64,000 nt of DNA from Selaginella moellendorffii. Its lineage: Eukaryota; Plantae; Lycopodiophyta. The notes beneath the pieces are model-generated. The model did no database searches, was not told where the DNA came from, and was given only the letters and a program-made list of their open reading frames with translations. Where the stretch lies: the NCBI RefSeq assembly GCF_000143415.4, contig NW_003314328.1, forward strand, positions 399,889 through 463,888, read 5' to 3'. Position 1 is the first letter of the stretch, and every line of letters starts with the position of its first letter. Below, piece by piece: positions 14,615-24,432 of this stretch. The position numbers were made by a program, and so were the translations under genes.

Positions 14615-15160
14615 ATGGCTCAAAGGAGACCCATTGCTAATCGTACTTGGCCCCCCAGCATTTCATATCAATCTCCACCTCCATCCCCAAGTTCTACCAA
14701 CATTCCACCTTCACCTCTACATAACAATCCTTTTTCTGTTGAGGGCTCTAGTGAAGCTGAATTAGAGCTCCCTATATGTGAAATTCCGGATCTTGCTACT
14801 AGAGAGGGATTGCCTTTAGCGCTTCAAGAGCAATGCCACATGTTTTTGCAAGATCTTACTCCTGACATGGCAGGACTACTTGAAAGCACAGAACGCTATT
14901 ACATTCGGTGTCCAATATGCTCCTTTTTCTTGGACAAGACAAATGGCTCTATGGGTTTACAAACTTTTCTTGAGCACTGTAAGAATTGCCCAACGGCAGG
15001 TCTGGAAAATGTGCACATGTGGATGTACAATAGATTCAAGAATGAGTTACAGACACATACCCACTATCGCTTCATGGTGAGGAACAACATCCCCTTGGGA
15101 AACACTGCATTGGCTAGTGCAAAATATGGGGTTTTTAGGCCACCCTATAGTGGAATGTAA
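14615..15160 (+). CDS. Transposon cargo: small protein with Pro/Ser-rich N-terminus and a putative zinc finger
   Basis: Intact ORF (MAQRRP... within the 193-aa ORF) in AT-rich surroundings. It has CPIC...HCKNC, followed by FKNELQTHTHY, which is shared with the ORF at 23980-24432. Confidence 0.7.
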   Translation: MAQRRPIANRTWPPSISYQSPPPSPSSTNIPPSPLHNNPFSVEGSSEAELELPICEIPDLATREGLPLALQEQCHMFLQDLTPDMAGLLESTERYYIRCPICSFFLDKTNGSMGLQTFLEHCKNCPTAGLENVHMWMYNRFKNELQTHTHYRFMVRNNIPLGNTALASAKYGVFRPPYSGM

Positions 15161-15373
15161 GATCTAGAATTACTTTACTATACTATAGTATTGTCACTAT
15201 TAAAAGAAAAAATATAATAAAATGATATTAGTTGTAGGTAACATACCTTGTTCTAGAAGGTGCTATCATATCACATACAATTGTTTACAAAATGTTGAAA
15301 AAGGAGATGGCAACACACAAACGCTACAAAGTGATGGTGACAGGTGAGAATGATAATCTATAATTATGGTATC

Positions 15374-15450
15374 TGACACTGACACTGACATCTGAAAATT
15401 TTACTGACATCTGAAAATTTTACTGACATCTGACACTTTCACTGACATCT
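15374..15450 (+). repeat. Short tandem array of (AC)TGACA motifs between the convergent 3' ends of the ZnF and ParB-MTase genes
   Basis: TGACACTGACACTGACATCTGAAAATTTTACTGACATCTGAAAATTTTACTGACATCTGACACTTTCACTGACATCT. Confidence 0.8.
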
Positions 15451-15488
15451 AACATATAACAAGCTTTCCATTTTATGTAAGGATGCAA

Positions 15489-18400
15489 TTAACTTTCTTC
15501 TGCCTCATCATCAATATAATGATTTCTTTTATACTTCCTCCTATAGTGGTATTGTGGGGAAGATTCACTTTGCATATGTTGAGCCATGGCTTCTGCATAG
15601 TCAGGGAGACTTCCAAAGCCTCCAATTCTAGAAACTCCAGGTGATTGTGATCTATAAAATAGAATGAAATATATATTGAAATTTTAATAAACATAATTTA
15701 CCTCCTTGAGGTTGAAGGCAACTCACGAAATCCTCTGAGCCGGTGTTTGAAGAAATGATGTTCTTCAATAGCAAACACCGACCTACCAGAGTCACATGCT
15801 GCCTCCACCATAGAACCGCTACCTGCTGTGCAATCAATCACAATACCATCTGGTGGGCAATAGAGCTCAAGCAAGACTTGCATTGCTGATGGAGTTCGGA
15901 ATTGGTACCCTGGAAACGTGTTGCGGATCTGCTCATCCACAAGGTTGGGTATGATGTTAGTGGAACTGTCGTACCTAGGCAAAACACGTGCTGCACGTTC
16001 GCTATCACGAAACCCATCATGTGTGTTTCTGCAGAAGGCATGATAGGTCCACATCATAACCTGGAAAATAAAAATGTTTAGAAATTAGATAAAAATATAA
16101 AATACATACTCACCTTTTCAGGCTTCCCTTGGACGCCCCTCGTATCAACGCCAATAGGATCCATAATGCACCTGGAAGAGAATGACTTGAAATGAACTTC
16201 TGCTGCGCACATCATAAGCTCATACATCCAGTTGGGGTCGTTCGGTAGGATGAAGACAACATGGCCAGCTTCGAGCATAAGTACTTCGGACGATAGGAAT
16301 GCATCGCGCAAGTGGTCAGGTGTGAGAAAGTTCCAATCCTCAACTTTCCCATCGATATCTAAAAGACTATCTGGAAAGTCGAAGAGAATGAAGTCCGCAA
16401 TTGGGAGCACGGGCCTTTGTATCTTTCGGCACCAACGGTTGAACTAGCGGCGTATATCCATATTGATGTCGTCTTCCGTGAAAGATGTCAATAATCTACT
16501 GTAAGAGCCAATAAAGATACCCACAATGCCTCATTGTGTTATTGGGGACACAGGACGGACCTATAAAAGAGCTAAGTGAATGAAAAAAAGTAATAAATAG
16601 TATGATACCGTCATATGGCGTGTTGTCGATGAGAGTTCCTCCAACTCCTCTTCACGAGCATCTCGTCGAGCTGGAATGAAATTACTACCAACAGTCATTG
16701 CTGCAAAAAACATGTATTACCACCTTTAGTTTGTAAAATTCACTTTTGTTTACCTCGAGGTCGACGTGATATTCTGTGAACCACTTGATCATCGTTATTT
16801 ACTGGTAAAACCTGATCCGGATCTTGGTTGTTTGATGGTTGAATTGGAGCCTGTTCCTGACTGTCTGGTGGTGGAACACGAACTTGATCTGGAGCTTCCT
16901 CATCCTCGTCTCCATCGTCACTTGCATTGCCATCGTTGCTAGCATTGATAATTTCCTCACGATCTAGTGTAGAGGTCTCCTTCCCTAGGAGCTCCAACTC
17001 CCAAAGGCATTCTATCTTCCGTGCCTTTGGAACTCTCGCAAACATTGTTGGATACATTCCTCCATCTCTTACACCCTTTGCAACAAGTCAAGTGCAAACT
17101 GGTGCCTCAAATGGCATGCCTCTATATCGAAGATACCTGTAAACAATATATATTAAAAAACAGTCTTAGAAATCATATTATACCTATAAGCTACACGTCG
17201 CATGAAATAAGGTTGACCATGTTGGCAATCATAAGTTGTTGTGCTTGTAGACTTCTCTGGCAGCCACCCCTCTTCAATCCCTTCCAATGACGTGTTGATG
17301 TAGGTGTCAAAAGACATGAATGTGCCATCTAGATCGTCACCAATGTGTGGTGCCAAGAACTTCTCACCTTCACTTATAGTTTGTGTGATGTAGACAGCCC
17401 TTCTCATCATGTTCTCAAATAGTTCTGGCAGTCCTTTCTCTCTGTTCATCAAGCAGACATTGAGGAACTCCAGAGTCTCTATCTGTTGCTTATATGGAAG
17501 CTTCGATTTTGCGATATTGTAAATCATGTCATCTGGAGTTTTGTTCACTGCAAAAGTAACATATGCATAATTAAGAAAAATGAAGTGTAATAAAAAACTT
17601 ACATTCATGAGAAGAAATTTCGGCTATAGTCTCTAGCCACTCCTTCGGCCTACGATTGTCTGCAATGCATACTAGTTTCTTCAACTTTGAGGACTTTGCA
17701 TGCTGAATTTTGTGCTCAATTTGTACAAACTCAGCTAAGAGCTCTTCCTGACTCTTCTCCGGATATGCAAGTTCGTAAGCATCTTACTTGACCTTCACCA
17801 AAGGCTAAAAACCAAAACAATTAAAAGAGGCTTTTATAAAATAAAAGGGAAAGACATACCTTACACCACACAGCAAGCATAAAACTGATTGGGTTGTTGA
17901 ACCAAGTTGTACCGTCATTTCGAGTGCGTGAGTGCCGAACAAGTGTTGCGAGATCATCACCATAATGTTGGCGGATGTCATCCTCACTCAAGTCTGCCAA
18001 AAATTGAAGTTGCTCGATGTCATGGACAAGATTTTGTTTTTGAACAGCGAACTGCCCAAGCCTACATTTAAACACAACAAAATAAGTTAAAGTGGAGTTA
18101 GAGGTAAAATTATAAAACTTACGCATTGATCTTTTGGCAGGCCAAGATAAGTCTGTTGACATCCAAAGGTCCCCTCGCGTAAACATGGCCGACTGGAACG
18201 TTGATATGGTAGACGGGATCATTGCGAAAATGATCGTCGATACACTTCATCCAAGCTCCATATCGGTGGTTACCGTCAATAATTTGGAACATTGTCCCCA
18301 CAAGCTGTCGAGTCTCAAGATGTCTGATAAGCATGTCATCAAATTCTAGGGACTTCCTCCTCCAAATAGGATCCCAGCTATTCACAATCTCGGGTGTGAC

Positions 18401-19512
18401 AGTAATGATCTCCGTTGTTCCTGGCTTGCAAAAAAAGACTAGAAACATACCAATATTTGTTGCAAGGCCATTCTGTTTGAACAAGCTGTATATATCCGGG
18501 TTGACATACTTGGATGCTGTGCGGACAAGGTTCGTCTGCTGCAAACGGCAAAGGGGGATTTCTCTGATCAAGTCACAAGGGTCTGGCCACTTGAGCGCCT
18601 CAAGTGTTTGGTGAACTGCTTTTTCCCTTGTCCGCATAACAGTCTCTTGGAAGCGCTTGTCCACCACGTTGTCAGGAAGGTCTGCAACTCTTTCAGCTCC
18701 AGGCTGTTCCTCAAGTTCCCTATCGTGAACACCACTAGATTGCCCAACTTCAGGGATTTGCATTGGTGGTGGTGGCGGTGGTGGCGGGGGCAGAGGCAAT
18801 AGTGGCAGTGGTGGTGGCAATGGTGGTGGTGGCGGTGGTGGCGAGGGCAGAGGCAATAATGGTAGTGGTGGTGGCAATGGTGGTGGTGGCAGTGGCGATG
18901 GACGTGGTGGAGGTGGTGATGGAGGTGGTGGAGGTGGCGATGGCGGTGGTGGAGGTGGTGATGGTGGAGGTGATGGTGGTGGAGGTGGTGAATCTCTAAC
19001 TAAATGTGTCTCTGTTGTGCCAATGGACATGTTGATTGTGATGTCGTCGTCAGTGCCAAATTGAACTTCTCGTGTCTTCTTGGCTCCAACAACCTTTTTC
19101 TGTGTTACAATTTTCCTTTTCTGCAAGAGAAAAAGTTTTGTTAGTCAAACTAAATAAAGATAATGAGAAATTCAAACAGTNNNNNNNNNNNNNNNNNNNN
19201 NNNNNNNNNNNNNNNNNNNNNNNNNNNNNNNNNNNNNNNNNNNNNNNNNNNNNNNNNNNNNNNNNNNNNNNNNNNNNNNNCGGCCCCTCGGCAAGCAAAA
19301 CTGCCTGAGGTGGCCGGCTGGAGCTTGACCTCGGCCAGCAAAGAAGCAATCAAGAAAAAAAAAGGGAAGAAATGGAATGGAAGCAATGGACTCAAAAAAT
19401 GGAAGTGGAAACAATCAAATCGAAACTCACCCTTGGTGGCATCTTTCCTCCCTCGATTTCTTGATCGTGCTAGATTTCTTGTGCGCTCAATCTCTCCCGC
19501 TCGCGCGCTCAA
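15489..19512 (-). pseudogene. Multi-exon ParB/Srx-like plus beta-class amino (N6A/N4C) DNA methyltransferase-like fusion gene, carried by the transposon and disabled by stops
   Basis: GT-AG exons at ~19120-18123 (poly-Pro, EIPLCRL...FQIIDGNHRYGAW), 18061-17859, 17804-17603, 17547-17184, 17136-16754, 16700-16609, 16560-16113 (IFIGS...ADFILFDFP...GHVVF), 16060-15702 (RTPSAMQVLLELYCPPDGIVIDCTAGSGSMVEAACDSGRSVFAIE) and 15652-15489 (ends YIDDEAEES*). In-frame stops occur at 17784, 17088, 16531 and 16444. The 5' end is uncertain because of the assembly gap. Confidence 0.8.
19181..19280. other. Assembly gap (100 N)
   Basis: Run of N characters. Confidence 1.
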
Positions 19513-19740
19513 TCTCTCCCGCTCGCGTGCTCAAACTCTCCCGCTCGCGCGCTCAATCTCTCGATCTCTTGCACGCTCAATCGCTCGATCTCCTTCGCGC
19601 TCAATCCCTCGATCTCCTTCGCGCTCAATCCCTCGATCTCCTTCGCGCTCAATCTCTCGATCTCTCGCGCGTGCAAACAGTAACCTAATCTTGGCGGCTA
19701 CCCTAACCCTAATCCTGATGGCTGCCCTAACCCTAACCAA
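19483..19740 (+). repeat. GC-rich degenerate tandem repeats (~21-24 bp, CGCGCTCAATC[T/C]CTCGATCTC) followed by CCCTAA telo-box-like motifs
   Basis: About 8 repeated units at 19483-19670, then CCCTAACCCTAA at ~19701 and ~19725. They lie at the presumed 5' end/promoter of the minus-strand cargo gene. Confidence 0.75.
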
Positions 19741-20805
19741 TCTCTAATCCTGGCCGTTCATTCCGAATAACCTAAATCTCAACCATCACAATATCTTTGA
19801 TCTTATTTTATCTTATCATTATTATTATATGTAAATTATGCTTCTTTATTTTGTATATTTTAATGATGGTATAACTAGCACCTATCAACATTTCTGTTAT
19901 TAGAGATATGATATTATATTTTACAAATTATTGCATTCTCATCACTATTTTGTACATATTTTGGAATCGTTACAAGAACTTCAAAGAGTATAAATAAGGC
20001 ACGTTAAAATATGTTGTACTATATCCATCTATGAATGAATGAATCCTCATCTAGAAATTTATTTTGTACTGTATTAGATCCTAAACAATAGGCATGTGCT
20101 TTAAATGTCATTGAGCAGTGTTCACAATTATGGATAAAACTTGAGTTGTACTACGAATCAAATCTGTTATTGAAGAATAAGATTTGACAAGATTTATTAT
20201 CATCTACCACTTAAAATTTGACAACTTGACATATCACACGTGCTGATAGTTAGATTGGATCTCTTGGTTTGACACGTTATAGCAGAATGTCATTACTGGT
20301 ATCATTATTAACTATCAAACTTCACGTGCTGAAAATCTTTCCTTGGATCTATATGTATACATGCATCAGACATCATAATAGATGACAATAATATTAATAC
20401 TGTCACACTTACACATGTTAAATTTGCTATAAAATTTAAATTCATTTTGTACGTTGTCTTCTTATTACTCTATTTAAATTTCAATTATGTTTCACTATAG
20501 ATTTTTACAAGTAGCATAAAGAGAGAGAACTCCAAAACCTATTGAGAAGGATGGAGAGGTTTCTTCTTCATTTTTGAAATCACCCACCTCTTTCATTCTC
20601 TCAGAGTATTGTTTCTGAAAGTTTTTTATGTCGGCGTTTTGATCTTCGTCTTGGCTCTATTTCTTTAGAGGCTGTGATCCGCAACGACATCGGTATAGTT
20701 GCATACTCGAAGTTTCTTCTTTCTGGTGTGGGCGAGGGTGGACAACAATGGGATTTACAAAATTCCAAGTTGAAGGAGATTCGAGTGTTTGGATCTCCAG
20801 TCAAA

Positions 20806-23800
20806 ATGCCAAAATGCGCTCCAGCGAAAGTGAATGTGAAGCAAGAGTCAGTCGTTATCCTCTCATCCTCTTCTAGTTCAAGTGGAGATGTCATGCTAGT
20901 GTCGGCGCCAAATTCACCAGCTCCAGCTCCAACTTTAGCAATATTCAAAGCCGTTAGCAATGCTTTCCAGTTTTCACGCCTCTCAATCGACGTGCACTTG
21001 TTTTTGTATAGGCTTGTGAGTGAGCTTCCATCCTCCTACAATGGCAACATTTTCTTCGAGCTACCACCTCTTGTCAGCAGCATAGGTTCCAAACGGAAGG
21101 GGATGGAAACCAAGCAGGATGTCCACAATTGGTGCAAGATCAAGACCATACACTTCCAACATTTTGAAGGCACAGTGTCTATAGTTCATTGTGGCGGGCA
21201 TTTAAATTGTGTGGATGAAGCATGCAATCGAGACCGCTCTAGAAACTCTATAGTTTTTGAAGGGTCTGCAATCAATCCTCCAACCTGTGACACCATTGCT
21301 GTTGGATTCAAATGTCGATTCTGCAAAAATGCTCCTCTATGTCGTGCTATCTGCGAGGCCAAGATGTACTACTTTCTTCCACGGGATGGAGTGGCTGGAA
21401 GAGCTGCAGTGCATGTTGGCACACATATGCATCCAATGCAGGAAGGGATACAAAGGAGTTCTCTCAACCGTTTCAAAGATGTTGTACAGAAAGAGACTAT
21501 AAGAAACTCATCTGCAACTCTGAAGCATGTTCAGAAGACCGTCCTCAAGGATTTTATCGCAAATACCTTACTCAATCCAGGTTGCCAAAAGACTCAACTA
21601 AACGAGGCTAGCTTGCGGGACTTACTACGAGGAGTACAACCTGCTACTAGCCTAAGGAGGTACATCCGTTATTTTTCATACGTTATAATAATAATTTTTT
21701 CTTACATTATATTATTTAGGATAAAATCTTGGATGTGTGAATCTCGAGAGGGGAAGTTGCAATCAAAAATTGACTCCATCCTTGAATTGAAACGGACCTG
21801 TCCATATGAGTTCATCCACGAAAGTTTGTTTCCAGACCAAGTTGTGAATGAGCAAGAGCGCCCCTTCGTCTTCAAAATGTCTACCATGGGCCCTGCCTCT
21901 GGCGTAGATCTTGTCTCCCGAATGGACATGTTTGGGTCTAGTGACCTTGCAAATGCATGGGTACATTTTGACCATATGGAGCGTGTATCCGGTTGGACAA
22001 CCATGGGAGCTCATGTGTATGATCCAAGGTAATTTTTATTCTCATTATATTGAAATTGTTATAATATTTATGTTTTCATAGGCTACGTTGTAACTTAACA
22101 ATTGCAATAGCAGAGTTTAAAGTACAAGACCAGACAGCACAGGAAATATTTTGGAAGTCCCTCTCTGATATTGTCCTAAAGCGAACTGGTAAGCCTGCAA
22201 ACTTTTGTGGTTACATGGCAAATGGGGCTGGTGCAAACTGGAATGTATCCGAGCAGTTTTTGGGAATGGTCAACCATTGGAAGGTCGTGAGAGGACTTGT
22301 GAGTTCCATTGGGCTCAAAGCCTAAACCAGCACTGCCACCTTATCAAGCCAGAGTTTCAATCAATATTTAAAGAGTTGTGCAAACAATGGCAGGTTACAC
22401 CTTCTGAAGAAGAGCATGAGGCAAAAGCAAACGAAATCCGAATGTGGTGGTGTGAAGATGGCCATACAGACGTAAGTTGCCTACCACAACTTGAGTCATA
22501 GTTAGGATGGTGGGAAGTTAGGATGTTCCAATGGGGACATCACTCTTTTCAGGTTGGTTTATATTTTTTCTTCTCCTTTTATTACCTTTTAATATTGCCT
22601 TTTCCATTAGGATTAACCACTTGAGGACCTCGCATACACCCCAACTGTGAATCTCTCCGAAAGTAAGCATTGGAGTTGGCGTTCCTCTGAGGCAGGGAAA
22701 GGGAAGATGAGTCTATACGAAGCCTGTCTATCAGACTTGATACGTGCTATAGAGCAATCTTCAAAAGCACTGGCATTCGAGGAAGGAAGATACATGGGAA
22801 CAGGGCCTTTTGTTGAGATGTTACATGATAGGATGAAGAGAAAATTAACTCCACCCGCCCAAACAGTGGCAACTGCAGTTGAGGAAGTGGTCCGTGGCAC
22901 ATCTATGGAATACACTCCCCGAGCTTCTATTGGTGATATGAAGACTGTCCGCTCAAAGCGTCGTTTTTCCTTTGCTGGGGAAGATGTTGGTATGGACCTT
23001 GGAGCAAAAAGCTCTCACAGGCCTGATGTCGAGTACCATTCTGCTCCAAGACACCGCTCTCAGACCGAGCCACCTCAAGTGGCTGATGAAGAGAGTGCAT
23101 CGCAACAGGTTGAAATTGCTTACTGTAGCGTGGAGCCGAAGCAATGGGCAATCCGACGCGTGCCAGCAAAATCGAATGTAAGGTGTGTGGGGATGCTTCC
23201 GAGGGGCAAGTGTTGGGCCTGGATTCGTGGTGAAAAATCTGCTTCTGTTCCAGCCCCATGTTTCTATGGGGAACGAAAGCAAGCAGGATTTTCAAGATGG
23301 TGCTGGCTATATTGTTGCAACACCGACGCCAACCATACGAAGCGACTTGAAGACACTATAGTGACTAAACCTGATGCAGTACCTAAAGAATGGCCAGTTA
23401 CTAATGGGGTCGTGCTCACCTCGGATGAGATTGAAAACCTTGAGAAATCTGGTTTTAATCTTGAGAGGAGAGTTGGAGACATGAGTGACAGGAGCAGGAC
23501 TATTCCTACAGAGATGCACAGGAGGCCAGCACGAAAAGGTAAGGCAATTAAATTTATTGGTACCATCTCCAAGCAGAAGCAAGGTAAAATAAACTTGGCT
23601 CAAACACTTGAGTGTGAGATTCTCTCCACGAAGTACATCACTACGCTTGCAAAGGAGTACATAGTCAAAACAAAAGGTGGAGAGTACACAATTGCCATTC
23701 ACGACTCTCCTCCTTGCACATGTCTAGACTTTACGAAGCGCGAGGAACATGGGAAGGCATATGCTTCTTGCAAGCATATGTACTACATCTTCATCAACAT

Positions 23801-23888
23801 CTTGCACCAGGATCCTAAAGTGGATATTCATATACACCAAACAAGCCTTACTATTGTTGAGTTGCAGAAAACTTTTGGAGCTAATTAG
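20806..23888 (+). pseudogene. Mutator-type DDE transposase with N-terminal GCM/WRKY-like zinc domain and C-terminal SWIM finger (recently inactivated)
   Basis: Motifs: CGGHLNC..C, CRFC...C...HVGTHMHP; VHFDH (first D); MA[N]GAG (second D, which is GAT=D in the copy at 1-120); CEFH (CxxH); TVNLSESKH (E); CTCLDF...CKHMYYI (SWIM). Introns at 21660-21719, 22029-22081 and 22553-22610. There is a 1-bp frameshift near 22245 and a TAG at 22499. Confidence 0.85.
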
Positions 23889-23979
23889 ATTTCTCCAACA
23901 CTATCGATGTTTATTCTCTATCAATAAAACTTATTATACTTTATATAATTAATACAAATGTGCTTTTTCATTTCACTTT

Positions 23980-24432
23980 TCATTTTATATGCTTCCGAGT
24001 GTTCTTCTCGCAATACTGCCCATAGTACTCGTGTGTCTCCATTTCTGTCTTTACCATCTCAAAAAAGATTTCATGGTAGTCTTTCGGGTGCGTGATATTG
24101 CAGTATGTCGCAAGAGCATATATACCATCATACTGATCATTGCCATTGTTTCCACCAGACGCTAGAAAACATATGGGGCACTTCTTGAAAGTGGCAGAAT
24201 TGCACTTTTCTAAAACAAGTAAGAGGGCATTCTTTTTCACCCAATTTGTTGCACCCTCTGTCATTGCATTTATCTCCAACTCATGATCACTATCCTCACT
24301 ATCCTCTCTTTCATTCTCTTGTGTGATTTGGTTATGCTGTGCAATGGGATAGTTATTGCATCTCCTAGCCCTTGAGCCCTGGGAAGAAAGATTGTGAGAG
24401 TTAAAATTACCAACACTAGAACCCATAGACAT
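23980..24432 (-). CDS. Transposon cargo: small putative zinc-finger protein, paralogue of the 14615-15160 gene
   Basis: Intact 150-aa ORF with CPIC...YCNITH and VKTEMETHEYY. A decayed homologue lies at ~4040-4490 in the second copy. Confidence 0.7.
   Translation of the reverse strand: MSMGSSVGNFNSHNLSSQGSRARRCNNYPIAQHNQITQENEREDSEDSDHELEINAMTEGATNWVKKNALLLVLEKCNSATFKKCPICFLASGGNNGNDQYDGIYALATYCNITHPKDYHEIFFEMVKTEMETHEYYGQYCEKNTRKHIK

Noticed and set aside
15698-16410. Bacterial contamination as the source of the methyltransferase motifs
   Set aside because: The coding segments are separated by short AT-rich GT-AG introns like neighbouring genes and sit inside a eukaryotic transposon.
19163-19747. 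Arg/Ser-rich ORFs (RSPSRSIP repeats) as an SR protein
   Set aside because: They are translations of a DNA tandem repeat that is open in several frames and span the N gap.
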